Source: an uncultured Verrucomicrobiota bacterium (GTDB taxonomy: Bacteria; Verrucomicrobiota; Kiritimatiellia; RFP12; UBA1067). Taken from it: 36,421 bases of DNA. Position 1 is the first letter of the stretch. Each line of letters begins with the position of its first letter. Under the pieces are notes generated by a model. It did not search any database. It had not been told where the DNA came from and saw only the letters and a list, made by a program, of their open reading frames with translations. Both the position numbers and the translations under genes were made by a program. This document shows, one piece after another, positions 7,836-17,140 of the stretch. Location of the stretch: the NCBI GenBank assembly GCA_946628745.1, contig CAMOXA010000001.1:1-36421 (forward strand). The letters run 5' to 3'.

Positions 7836-9272
7836 ATGTTCGACTGGAAAAGGATATTGCCGGCGCTGGCCGGCGCGGCGCTCGCGCTGTCCGGCTGCGG
7901 GACCGTGCGTGATGCGCGGCAGGCGCAGCGCGACGCGGCGGCCAAGGGGGAAGAGACGCGAATCGACGCGGCGCGCGTCGATTTGAGCGGATATTCTCTC
8001 GACAGGCTCGTAGGGTTCGCGCTCGCGACCAGCCCGTCCATGAGGCTGGCGGAACTCGCCGTCGAAGACGCGCGGCTCGCGCTCAGGGAGATCGCTGCAG
8101 ACGCGCCGATCGCGTCCATGACGCCCTGGAACGCGGCTCATGCCAGCTTGAGCGCCGGATATTCCGAGAGTTCGGTGCCGGCTCATCTGGAGGATATGAA
8201 GGCGAAGACGGAGCGCGGCAACGCGACGTCCGGGCTCTCGCTGGATCTGCTGCTGTGGGATTTCGGGCGGAACAACGCGCGCGCGAGAGCACAGGCGGAG
8301 AACGTGCTGGCGGCCGAGGAGTCGCTCGTCCAGGAAGGATACGCGGTGTTCGTCGAAGTCTCGGCGGCCTATCTGGCGCTGATGCAGAACGAGGCGCTGC
8401 ACGAAGTGGCCGCGTCGAACGTGCAGCAGTACGTCGAGCATCTTTCGCGGGCCGAGGACCGATTCAACACGGGCGAAGCGCAGAACCTGGACGTGCTGAA
8501 AGCGAGACTCGATCTCGCCAAGGCGCGCGAGTCACTAGTCGCGGCGTCCAATGATGTGACCGTGGCCGGCGCCAGGCTCATGGCGGCGCTCGGCGTGGAT
8601 GCTTCCAAAGGGGATTTTCGCAGCGTGCTCGGGCGGCGCGAGAGCGGGCTGCAGCATGTGACGCGGTTTTTCGCCGACAGCGAGGATACATCGGCAGGGG
8701 TGTTCGAGCTGGCGCGCACCAACGCGCCGGCGATGAAAATCGCGCGGGCGAGGCTTAGGGCGGCTTCCGCACAGGTCGACTACGCGATAGAAGACCTGAT
8801 GCCTACGCTCACGGCCAGCGTGTCGCTGAACTGGACGGATCCGCTGTGGGTCTGGAGATGGGGACTCGGCGCCGCCCAGACGGTCTTCACCGGCGGACGA
8901 AAGACGACGGCGGTGGACAGGGCCGTGGTCGCGATGCAATCCGCCGGGAGCACGGTCGACAGCGAGGAGCAGGCACTGTCGCGCAATGTCGAAATCGCCG
9001 TCGCAGAGCGCGACAACGCCAGGGAATCGATGATCTCCGCCGCCGAAAGCGTCCGCCAGGCGGCCGAGAACCTTGAAACCGTAAAGTCGCAGTACGAGGT
9101 CGGCGATGTTTCGCGCGTCGAGTTCACCGACGCTGTCTCGGCCTATACCGAGGCGCTCGGCAACAAAGTCAAGGCGTTTTACAGGGCGCAGGCGGCGGAA
9201 GCCGCTCTGTTCGAGCTGACTGGCCGCGAGCCGGTCTATGCAGAAGGCGACAGACTGGAGGAGATGAGATGA
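7836..9272 (+). CDS. TolC-family outer membrane efflux protein (lipoprotein)
   Basis: Signal peptide with lipobox (ALALSGC) at the very N-terminus. 478 aa with coiled helical OEP-type repeats. It is the first gene of an efflux operon. Confidence 0.8.
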   Translation: MFDWKRILPALAGAALALSGCGTVRDARQAQRDAAAKGEETRIDAARVDLSGYSLDRLVGFALATSPSMRLAELAVEDARLALREIAADAPIASMTPWNAAHASLSAGYSESSVPAHLEDMKAKTERGNATSGLSLDLLLWDFGRNNARARAQAENVLAAEESLVQEGYAVFVEVSAAYLALMQNEALHEVAASNVQQYVEHLSRAEDRFNTGEAQNLDVLKARLDLAKARESLVAASNDVTVAGARLMAALGVDASKGDFRSVLGRRESGLQHVTRFFADSEDTSAGVFELARTNAPAMKIARARLRAASAQVDYAIEDLMPTLTASVSLNWTDPLWVWRWGLGAAQTVFTGGRKTTAVDRAVVAMQSAGSTVDSEEQALSRNVEIAVAERDNARESMISAAESVRQAAENLETVKSQYEVGDVSRVEFTDAVSAYTEALGNKVKAFYRAQAAEAALFELTGREPVYAEGDRLEEMR

Positions 9273-10567
9273 GATTAAATGTCAAAACGGTCGCGGCGGC
9301 GGCGGCGCTGGCCGCAGCCTGCGCCGGATGCGAGAAGGTCGGGCTCGGTAGCAAGAAGACCGACGTGTCCTACAGAACGACCGCAATCGAGCGCATGGAC
9401 ATCGTGAGAACCGTGGAGGCGACCGGTACTGTGACGCCGCGCAACAGCGCCAGCGGCATCCCGGTCGGTGCCCAGGTCAACGGCAAGCTCATAAAGCTCT
9501 TCGTCGACTACAACTCGGTGGTGACGAACGGACAGGTCGTCGCGCTCATCGATCCGCTCGTGTACGAGGCCAACTACAAGAGCGCTCTGGCGCAGCTGCA
9601 CGTCAACGAGGCCAACGTAAAGGTGCGGGAGGCGTCTGTAAAGTCCGCCCGCGCCGAGCTTGTGCTGGCCGAGAAGGTCTTCGAGCGCAAGAACGCCCTG
9701 GTCGAGCGCAAGACCGCGCCCGTGGCCGATCTCGACAGCGCGACCGAGGCGCTCGAGCGGGCGCGGGCGAATCTCGAAAGCGCTCTGGCGGGGCTGGCCA
9801 GCGCTCATGCGTCCGTCGAGCAGTCGAAGGCGACGGCCGACAAGGCAAAGACCGACCTCGGCTACTGCACTATCGTTTCGCCGGTCGACGGTATTGTCAT
9901 AGACAGGAAAGTCGAAGAAGGCGAAACCGTGGTTTCTTCCATGAACGCGGTTCCCGTGCTCACGATCGCCGAGGATTTGAAAGTCGTCTGGGTGGAGGCG
10001 ACGATTCCGGAGGCGGATGTCGGCAACATCAAAGCTGGGCAGCCAGTGACATTCACGGCCGACGCGTACAGGCGCAAGTTCACCGGCAAGGTCATCCAGG
10101 TCAGGCGTGCTGCGACGACGACCAACAACGTTGTCACGTTCCCGGTGATAATCGAGGCCGAAAACCCGGATGAAATGCTGTTCCCCGGCATGACGGCGAC
10201 GCTGTCGATAGAGACGGCCAGAGTCGAAAACGTCATCGCGGCGGCCGCGGCGGCGTTCAGGTTCAGGCCCAAGCCCGAGGACATGGAGCGTCTAGGCGAC
10301 GTCCCGCGCGGGCGCAAGCTGTGGTTCGCGCCAAAAGAGGAAGGTGGGACGCTAGAGTATCTGCTGGTGAGCGAAGGCGTGACGGACGACTCGTTCATTC
10401 AGATCGTCTGCGACGGGGCGGACGCGCTGGAAGGGCGCGAGGCGATAACAGGCTACGAGACGAAGACGACCGAGAAGTCCGGCAAGAACGTGACGAATCC
10501 GTTCACGCCGAAGTTCCCGTCGCGCAACAAGAACAAGGGCACGGCACCCGAACCGAAGAAAAACTAG
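9269..10567 (+). CDS. Efflux periplasmic adaptor (HlyD/MacA-family membrane fusion protein)
   Basis: Lipoprotein-like signal (AAACAGC), a long alpha-hairpin region, and a beta-barrel block ([22 protein letters not shown]). The ATG overlaps the tolC stop (ATGA). Confidence 0.85.
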   Translation: MRLNVKTVAAAAALAAACAGCEKVGLGSKKTDVSYRTTAIERMDIVRTVEATGTVTPRNSASGIPVGAQVNGKLIKLFVDYNSVVTNGQVVALIDPLVYEANYKSALAQLHVNEANVKVREASVKSARAELVLAEKVFERKNALVERKTAPVADLDSATEALERARANLESALAGLASAHASVEQSKATADKAKTDLGYCTIVSPVDGIVIDRKVEEGETVVSSMNAVPVLTIAEDLKVVWVEATIPEADVGNIKAGQPVTFTADAYRRKFTGKVIQVRRAATTTNNVVTFPVIIEAENPDEMLFPGMTATLSIETARVENVIAAAAAAFRFRPKPEDMERLGDVPRGRKLWFAPKEEGGTLEYLLVSEGVTDDSFIQIVCDGADALEGREAITGYETKTTEKSGKNVTNPFTPKFPSRNKNKGTAPEPKKN

Positions 10568-10582
10568 GAAGAAACGCTGGCG

Positions 10583-11329
10583 ATGGCGCATCTGATAGAA
10601 ATCAGAGACCTGCACAAGACTTACGTGATCGGCGACGAACCGGTGCACGCACTGGACGGTGTTTCGCTGACGGTCGACGAAGGGGAGTTTCTCGCGATAA
10701 TGGGATCGTCCGGCTCGGGCAAGTCGACGATGCTCAATATCCTCGGCTGCCTCGACACGCCGTCGACGGGCTCCTATCTGCTGGACGGGACGGAAGTCGC
10801 GGCGAGAAGTCCGTCGGAACTCGCGCGGATACGCAACCGCAAGCTCGGGTTCGTCTTCCAGAACTTCAATCTTCTGCCGCGCACAACCGCGCTCGAAAAC
10901 GTCGAACTGCCCGATCTGTACATGGGGCGCCTCTCGCACCGCGACCGCCGCGCGAGGGCGATGGAGCTTCTCGAGCGCGTCGGTCTCAAGGGCCGCGAGA
11001 TGCATACGCCAGCCCAGCTTTCGGGTGGACAGCAGCAGCGCGTGGCCATCGCGCGCGCTCTCATGAACAACCCGCCCGTAGTCTTCGCCGACGAGCCCAC
11101 CGGCAACCTGGACACCAAAAGCTCGATCGAGATAATGAATCTTTTCACGGGTCTCTCGAACGAAGGCATAACGATAGTCATGGTAACGCACGAAGACGAT
11201 ATCGCGGCCTATGCCAGACGGCATGTTGTCATGCGCGACGGCAGGGTTATGCGCGACGACCTGAACGACGGAGGCGGTCGCAAGACGCAGGACGAGGTCG
11301 CGAGGCTCGTCAAGGAGGCACTGTCGTGA
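10583..11329 (+). CDS. ABC transporter ATP-binding protein (MacB/LolD-type)
   Basis: Walker [10 protein letters not shown], signature [15 protein letters not shown], Walker [14 protein letters not shown]-loop VTHE. Confidence 0.92.
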   Translation: MAHLIEIRDLHKTYVIGDEPVHALDGVSLTVDEGEFLAIMGSSGSGKSTMLNILGCLDTPSTGSYLLDGTEVAARSPSELARIRNRKLGFVFQNFNLLPRTTALENVELPDLYMGRLSHRDRRARAMELLERVGLKGREMHTPAQLSGGQQQRVAIARALMNNPPVVFADEPTGNLDTKSSIEIMNLFTGLSNEGITIVMVTHEDDIAAYARRHVVMRDGRVMRDDLNDGGGRKTQDEVARLVKEALS

Positions 11330-12555
11330 ATTTCGCCATGATATTCAAGGTCGCGGTGCGCGCGATAGCCCGCAACAAGACGCGCTCGGTTTTGACGTGC
11401 ATAGGCATAATCGTAGGCATCGCCGCCGTCATATGCGTGATGGCTATCGGCCAGGGCGCGCAGACCATGATGGTCAAAGAGATATCGTCTATGGGCAACA
11501 ATCTGATGATGGTCTTTCCCGAGCGCCGCAACCACGGTCCCGTCTCGGGAGGCATGGGTCAGGGCCAGACGATGACGGCCGACGACGCCGAAGCCGTCAA
11601 GCGCGAACTCGGGCATCTCGTGCAGGGCGTCAGTCCCCAGGTCAGGACGACGGTGCAGATGATGTACGCGGCGAAGAACTGGTCCGGCAACGTCCAGGGC
11701 GTTTCGCCGGACGTCCTCTCGATCAGCAACTGGACGGTCACGGACGGACGGTTCTTCACGGACGAGGAGACGGACCGCGCGGCGCGAGTGTGCGTCATAG
11801 GCACGACAGTTCGATCGAATCTGTTCGGCGGCGACGACGACCCGGTTGGCAAGACACTGCGCCTCAAGAATATAACCTTCAAGATCGTCGGCGTCCTCGG
11901 CTCGAAAGGCGCCAACAACTGGGGCCAGGACCAGGATGACGTCGTGATGGCGCCGTATACGAGCGTCCAGCGGTATTTGCAGCGCTCCAAGTTCAGAAAC
12001 ATCAACATGATGAACGTGTCGCTCATAACCATGGACGATCTGGACGAGGCGAAACGCGAGATTGCGTCGCTTCTGCGCCAGCGCCATCACCTGGCCGACT
12101 GGCAGGACGACGACTTTGAGACGAGGGACACGACCGAGATAATGAACACCATTGGTTCCGTAACCGGGCTCATGACGGTGCTGCTTACGGCCGTCGCCGC
12201 GATCTCGCTGCTTGTCGGCGGCATCGGGATAATGAACATCATGCTCGTTTCGGTGACTGAGCGCATAAAAGAGATCGGACTTAGAATGTCCATAGGCGCG
12301 ACACCGGCGAACATTCTGCTGCAGTTCCTGCTCGAGGCCGTCGTTCTGTCCACGGTCGGCGGCGCGTTCGGCGTCGCGCTTGGAATCGGCGGGGCGGAGC
12401 TGATCGGCGCGTGGAAGGGCTGGCCGATTCTGATACAGGCGCCGTCCACCGTCGCGGCGTTCTTCTTCTCGTCGATTGTCGGCATGTTCTTCGGCTTCTA
12501 TCCGGCCTACCGCGCGTCGAAGCTGAACCCCATCGACTGCCTGCGGTACGAATGA
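11326..12555 (+). CDS. ABC transporter permease (MacB-type FtsX fold with periplasmic domain)
   Basis: N-terminal TM ([21 protein letters not shown]), a large periplasmic domain, and a C-terminal FtsX-like 3-TM bundle ([28 protein letters not shown]). GTG 11326 overlaps the ATPase stop; ATG 11338 is an alternative. The first 335 codons of ORF 10321..12555 are out-of-frame overlap with upstream genes. Confidence 0.88.
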   Translation: MNFAMIFKVAVRAIARNKTRSVLTCIGIIVGIAAVICVMAIGQGAQTMMVKEISSMGNNLMMVFPERRNHGPVSGGMGQGQTMTADDAEAVKRELGHLVQGVSPQVRTTVQMMYAAKNWSGNVQGVSPDVLSISNWTVTDGRFFTDEETDRAARVCVIGTTVRSNLFGGDDDPVGKTLRLKNITFKIVGVLGSKGANNWGQDQDDVVMAPYTSVQRYLQRSKFRNINMMNVSLITMDDLDEAKREIASLLRQRHHLADWQDDDFETRDTTEIMNTIGSVTGLMTVLLTAVAAISLLVGGIGIMNIMLVSVTERIKEIGLRMSIGATPANILLQFLLEAVVLSTVGGAFGVALGIGGAELIGAWKGWPILIQAPSTVAAFFFSSIVGMFFGFYPAYRASKLNPIDCLRYE

Positions 12556-12568
12556 CGGAGGATGCCGC

Positions 12569-13063
12569 ATGGTCATACTAGGAGTCGACACGTCCCTGCG
12601 ATCCACCGGCTACGGCATTGTCGAGACGGCAGGCACCAGGATGATCGCCCGCGAATGGGGCAACATCCCGAACGCGCCGGCCGTGCGCCACTCCGAATGC
12701 CTGCGCCGGATACACGCGAAGATCGCGGAGCTGATCGCGCGCTGGCGGCCGGACGTCGCGAGCGTCGAGAAGGTGATATACGGCAAGAACGCCAACACGA
12801 TGATGGTCCTTGGGGAGGCCCGGGGCGCCGTCATCGTCGCCGCGGCCGACGCGGGGCTGCCGGTGTGCGAATACGAGCCGCGGCGCGTCAAGATGGCGGT
12901 ATGCGGCAACGGGCTCGCCGGCAAGGAGCAGATACAGCGAATGATCAAGACGCTTCTCGCGCTGCCTGCACTGCCGCAGAACGACGCGGCGGACGCGCTC
13001 GCCATGGCGATATGCCACGCCAACACGAAGACTTTCATGACCAACGGAGACAACATGATATGA
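12569..13063 (+). CDS. ruvC: Crossover junction endodeoxyribonuclease RuvC
   Basis: ILGVDTSLRSTGYGIV at the N-terminus, VEKVIYGKNANT, and DAADALAMAICHAN at the C-terminus. 164 aa. GGAGGA lies upstream. Confidence 0.92.
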   Translation: MVILGVDTSLRSTGYGIVETAGTRMIAREWGNIPNAPAVRHSECLRRIHAKIAELIARWRPDVASVEKVIYGKNANTMMVLGEARGAVIVAAADAGLPVCEYEPRRVKMAVCGNGLAGKEQIQRMIKTLLALPALPQNDAADALAMAICHANTKTFMTNGDNMI

Positions 13064-13710
13064 CGCGCGCGCAGACGAGCGGGGAGGAAATCGCCAACAC
13101 CGTGACGCACGCCGTCGGGTCGCACCTTGGCGCGGCGATGCTCGCGCTTGTCGTGTGGGCCGGCGCGTCGAGCGGCGACGCGGTCGCGTGGAAGGTTACG
13201 AGCGGCGCGATCTTCGGAGCTTCGATGATTCTGCTCTACGCCATTTCCTCGGCGTACCATGCCGTGACGAACGCGCGGGCGAAGGCGGTGCTGCACGTCA
13301 TGGACCATTCGGCCATATTTTTTCTGATCGCGGGCAGCTACACGCCGTTCTGCCTCGTGACGCTGCGCCCGGAGCATCCGGCCCTGGCATGGACGATTTT
13401 CGGCCTCGAGTGGGGCGCGACCGCAGTCGGTGTCGTCTTCAAGGTCTGGACCACCGGGAGGTTCCGCTACATCTCCACTTTTGCATACATAGTGATGGGC
13501 TGGGCGGCCTTGCTGGCGATAGTCCCGCTGATACGCGCCCTGCACGGACTCGGAACCATGTGGCTGGCGACCGGCGGTTCGCTGTATACGCTCGGCTGCG
13601 TCTTCTACCTTTGGAAGTCCCTGCCATACTCGCACATGATTTGGCATATGTTCGTCCTGGCGGGGACCATATGCCACTTCTTCTGCATTTTCTGGCATGT
13701 CATGTCATGA
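13060..13710 (+). CDS. Hemolysin III / PAQR-family membrane protein
   Basis: Seven predicted TM segments with the family motifs SSAYH, DHSAIFFLIAGSYTP and HMFVLAGTICHF. The ATG overlaps the ruvC stop (ATGA). Confidence 0.85.
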   Translation: MTRAQTSGEEIANTVTHAVGSHLGAAMLALVVWAGASSGDAVAWKVTSGAIFGASMILLYAISSAYHAVTNARAKAVLHVMDHSAIFFLIAGSYTPFCLVTLRPEHPALAWTIFGLEWGATAVGVVFKVWTTGRFRYISTFAYIVMGWAALLAIVPLIRALHGLGTMWLATGGSLYTLGCVFYLWKSLPYSHMIWHMFVLAGTICHFFCIFWHVMS

Positions 13711-14147
13711 CGGTCCGCGCCATAGTTTCGCTGGGGTCCAATCTTGGCGACCGCGCAGGATACCTCTCGCGGGCGCTCGCGGCGCTTTCGTCCCTGCCGG
13801 AAACACGTCTCGCCGCCAAGAGCCGCGTGCTCGAGACCGAGCCGATAGACGTCCCGCCGCAGTTCGCCGGGCTCAAGTTCCTGAACCAGATAGCGGTATT
13901 CGAGACCGGCCTCGCGGCACGGGACTTCTCGCTGAGAATGCACGAGGTCGAGGATTCGCTCGGGCGGGTCAGGACGGTGCGGAACGGTCCTCGCACGATA
14001 GATGTGGACTTGCTGGATTTTGGCGGAGAGGTGGTGCGCGACCCGGATTTGACGCTCCCGCATCCGCGCGCGATGGAGCGCCCGTTCATCATTGAACTGC
14101 TTGGCGAGCTGGGCGTCGAACCTTCGTCATTCGCATGTTGCCACTAG
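13707..14147 (+). CDS. folK: 2-amino-4-hydroxy-6-hydroxymethyldihydropteridine diphosphokinase (HPPK)
   Basis: SLGSNLGDR, GPRTIDVDLL and LTLPHPRAMERPF motifs. The ATG overlaps the upstream stop (ATGA). Confidence 0.9.
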   Translation: MTVRAIVSLGSNLGDRAGYLSRALAALSSLPETRLAAKSRVLETEPIDVPPQFAGLKFLNQIAVFETGLAARDFSLRMHEVEDSLGRVRTVRNGPRTIDVDLLDFGGEVVRDPDLTLPHPRAMERPFIIELLGELGVEPSSFACCH

Positions 14148-14173
14148 ACTTTCGCGCGGCGATTTGCTATACT
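14145..14173 (+). promoter_or_regulatory. Sigma70-type extended -10 promoter for secDF
   Basis: -35 TAGACT (14145-14150, overlapping the folK stop), 17-nt spacer, TGcTATACT (14165-14173). The leader of about 32 nt carries AGAGGA (14196-14201) before ATG 14212. Confidence 0.55.
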
Positions 14174-14211
14174 TTACGGTCAATTGCCCCTAAATAGAGG
14201 ATAAAAACAAT

Positions 14212-17061
14212 ATGTCAAAGGAATCGGTAGTCCGTAACAATATGTGGAAATGGCTGGTTTTGCTGCTAGTTTCCATTGGTTCTGTGTATCTTGCCTATCC
14301 GCCAAGAGAGAAAGTCCGCCTAGGACTGGACCTCGCCGGCGGCAGCAGCTTCACGCTAGGCGTGGATTACGCAAGGCTTCAGGACAAGATTCTCGAGCGC
14401 GAGCCCGAGAAGTACAAAAACAATCCCGAGGGCCTTGAGGTCGAGGCGAAAGGGCTGGTCGAAGACAGCGACGACAGGATTATCGAAATCATCCGCCGGC
14501 GTGTCGACGCGATGGGCACCAACGAGCCGGTGATTCAGCCCGTGGGCGACAAGCACCAGATAGTTGTGCAGCTGCCCGGCATCGACGACGCCGGCAGCGA
14601 GAAGGCCAAAGAGCGTCTGAAAAAGATGGCCTATCTGGAATTCCGCTTTGTTCCGGACAACGAGAACGAGCTCATCTCCAAGATTCCGGACGGCGCGTGT
14701 CCTCCCGGCTATGTCGCGTCCGGCGACAACTACATAAGGGCCAAAGACTACGAGGAGGTTTCTTCCCAGAGCAACTACCTCGCCCGCGTTGCGTCGTTCG
14801 GCACGACCGACAGGCGCGTCAAGTTCGTCCTCCAGCCGGTAAAGACCAAGAACGGCGGGGCGGTCGAATACTACCGTCCGCGCTATGTCGAGCGCAAGAT
14901 ACAGCTTACGGGCGACGCGCTCGAGTCGGCCACGGCCAACTCGGCGCAGGGGCTGAGGGGCGGCTACGAAGTCGATTTCAAGCTTCGCAACAAGGCGGCG
15001 GCCAAATTCTCGACGCTTACGAAGAACAATGTCGGGCGCAATCTCGCGATCATCCTCGACGACCAGCTCGTCTCCGCGCCCGAAATCAAGAGCGAAATCG
15101 GGCGTAGCGGGCAGATTACCGGCGACTTTACGCTTGAGGAGGCCAAGGAGCTCGCCGCCGATCTGAACGCCGGCGCGCTGCCGGTTCCGCTCAAGATCGA
15201 GTCCTCCAGCCAGGTTTCGCCGACGGTGGGCAAGGACGCGATCAACGCCGGACGCCAGGCGGCGCTCATCGGCTTCATTCTCGTGGCGTTGTTCATGCTC
15301 TTCTATTACTGGTACGCGGGCCTTGTCGCGAACGTCGCGCTTCTCCTTGACGTCCTTCTGCTTCCCGCGGCGCTGTTCCTCGTCGCGCACATACTCGGCA
15401 TTTTCGTCGAAGATCCGTCGATGGCCGGCGCGAAGGTGCAACTGCCGGTTCTGACGATGCCCGGCATCGCGGGCCTCGTCCTCACGCTCGGCATGGCGGT
15501 CGACGCGAACGTGCTTATCTTCGAGCGCATCCGCGAAGAGTTCCAGCGCGGCGCGGCGGTCGGCAAGGCGGTCGCCAACGGCTATGGGCGCGCGTTCACG
15601 GCGATTCTCGACTCGAACATCACGACGATCTTGACAGGCTGCATCCTTTACTCCGTCGGCACGGGCCCGGTTCGCGGTTTCGCGATCATGCTTACCGGCG
15701 GCGTTGTCATCTCGATGTTCACGGCGGTTGTCGTCACCCGTCTTGTGATCGACCACACGACGAACCCCGACAGCTCGAAGCCGTTCAAGATGCGCCAGTT
15801 CTTCAAGGCGCCGTCCATCGACTTCATGAAGATGGGCCGCACCGCGGTGATTGCCTCTTCGGCGATTATCGCGATTTCGCTCGCCATCTTCGCATTCAGG
15901 CTGGTGACGAATCCCGGCAGCGTCCTCGCGGTGGACCTCACCGGCGGCACGGCGGTCACGTACACGATCGAGGGTGAAGCCGAGGCTATCGACAAGGGGT
16001 CGTTCCAGAAGGAGTTCGTCGGCGCGGTACGCCACGCGCTCGCGCCGATCGACAACGCGATGGTCGTGCAGTGCCAGGAAGACGGGCGCAAGCTGTTCCT
16101 CAAGACCGGCGTTACGTCAGATCCCGGCACCACCGTGACGCTCGCAGTCGAGAGTGGCGCCGACAAGTTCAACCAGGATGCGACGAAGCGCGCGCTCGCC
16201 TCGGCCCAGTACGACGCGACCGTCCTCTTCGAGGAAGGCCCCGCGGCGGAGTCCGGCGCCAAGACGGCGACCGTGACCGTCAAGGTGGCTGAAACCACCG
16301 GCTCCAAGAAGGGCCAGGAACTCGCCGCGGCCGGACGCAAGGTCGTCGACGACATCGCGGAGATCGTCGCCTCGCGCAACAAGAATCTCAAGATTTCCGT
16401 CAAGGATTCCAAGGAAGTCCTCGGTGTCGAGTACGGCATCGCCAAGGCGCTCGCCGAGGAGCCGAAGCTCAAGGGGCTTAAGTTCACCGAGCCCACCAGC
16501 GAGACGATCGGTTCGATGGTCGGCAAGGATCTGCGCGAGTCCGGCACGAAGGCGGTGCTGTTCTCTCTCGTGGCGATTCTTCTGTACGTGGCGTTCCGCT
16601 TCCGCTTCGGCTTCGGCCTCGGCGGCATCGTGGCGCTGGCGCACGACGCGCTCATTTCGCTTGGCCTCTTCTCACTGTGCGGGCGCCAGGTTTCGCTCAT
16701 CGTCATCACGGCGCTTCTGACGATCGTCGGCTACTCGATCAACGATACGGTCGTCGTGTTCGACCGCATCCGCGAGCAGCTCAAGCGCGACCCGCGCACA
16801 TCCTTCGCGGAATTGTGCAACCAGGCGCTCAACGCCTGCCTGTCGCGCACGGTGATTACCTCGCTAACCACGTTCTTCGCGGTCGCGGCGCTCTTCATAT
16901 TCGGCGACGGGTCGATCTACGATTTCGCGCTGACGATGCTCATCGGCGTCGTCGCGGGCACGTACTCGTCGATGTTCATCGCGACGCCCGTGATGTACTG
17001 GTGGTATCGCGGCAAGCGCCCGGACCTCGATGACGAGGAAGACAAGAAGGAAACGAAGTAA
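14212..17061 (+). CDS. secDF: Protein translocase subunit SecDF (fused SecD-SecF)
   Basis: 949 aa. The SecD N-terminus is LGLDLAGGSSFTL. Two RND-like 6-TM halves are present (ILDSNITTILTG..., INDTVVVFDRIRE). The second periplasmic loop is enlarged. Confidence 0.92.
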   Translation: MSKESVVRNNMWKWLVLLLVSIGSVYLAYPPREKVRLGLDLAGGSSFTLGVDYARLQDKILEREPEKYKNNPEGLEVEAKGLVEDSDDRIIEIIRRRVDAMGTNEPVIQPVGDKHQIVVQLPGIDDAGSEKAKERLKKMAYLEFRFVPDNENELISKIPDGACPPGYVASGDNYIRAKDYEEVSSQSNYLARVASFGTTDRRVKFVLQPVKTKNGGAVEYYRPRYVERKIQLTGDALESATANSAQGLRGGYEVDFKLRNKAAAKFSTLTKNNVGRNLAIILDDQLVSAPEIKSEIGRSGQITGDFTLEEAKELAADLNAGALPVPLKIESSSQVSPTVGKDAINAGRQAALIGFILVALFMLFYYWYAGLVANVALLLDVLLLPAALFLVAHILGIFVEDPSMAGAKVQLPVLTMPGIAGLVLTLGMAVDANVLIFERIREEFQRGAAVGKAVANGYGRAFTAILDSNITTILTGCILYSVGTGPVRGFAIMLTGGVVISMFTAVVVTRLVIDHTTNPDSSKPFKMRQFFKAPSIDFMKMGRTAVIASSAIIAISLAIFAFRLVTNPGSVLAVDLTGGTAVTYTIEGEAEAIDKGSFQKEFVGAVRHALAPIDNAMVVQCQEDGRKLFLKTGVTSDPGTTVTLAVESGADKFNQDATKRALASAQYDATVLFEEGPAAESGAKTATVTVKVAETTGSKKGQELAAAGRKVVDDIAEIVASRNKNLKISVKDSKEVLGVEYGIAKALAEEPKLKGLKFTEPTSETIGSMVGKDLRESGTKAVLFSLVAILLYVAFRFRFGFGLGGIVALAHDALISLGLFSLCGRQVSLIVITALLTIVGYSINDTVVVFDRIREQLKRDPRTSFAELCNQALNACLSRTVITSLTTFFAVAALFIFGDGSIYDFALTMLIGVVAGTYSSMFIATPVMYWWYRGKRPDLDDEEDKKETK

Positions 17062-17078
17062 GATACTTCATCCGGCAA

Positions 17079-17118
17079 AGAGGATCGTCTCCCGCGGGGG
17101 ACGATTCTCTTCGTTTCT
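17079..17118 (+). terminator. Intrinsic terminator-like hairpin after secDF
   Basis: AGAGGATCGTC (17079-17089) pairs with GACGATTCTCT (17100-17110), with one G-U pair. The inner GC-rich extension is CCCGCGGG. The trailing tract TCGTTTCT is T-rich but interrupted. Confidence 0.55.
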
Positions 17119-17140
17119 GGAGGGCGCGGGAGGTTGATTT

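Noticed and set aside
10321-11325. Long N-terminal extensions of ORFs 10321..12555 (744 aa), 12562..13710 (382 aa), 13155..14147, 19751..20740, 23885..25174 and 24874..26109.
   Set aside because: The extensions overlap the preceding genes out of frame and are Arg-rich nonsense. Recognisable homology begins at internal start codons that overlap or closely follow the upstream stop codon.
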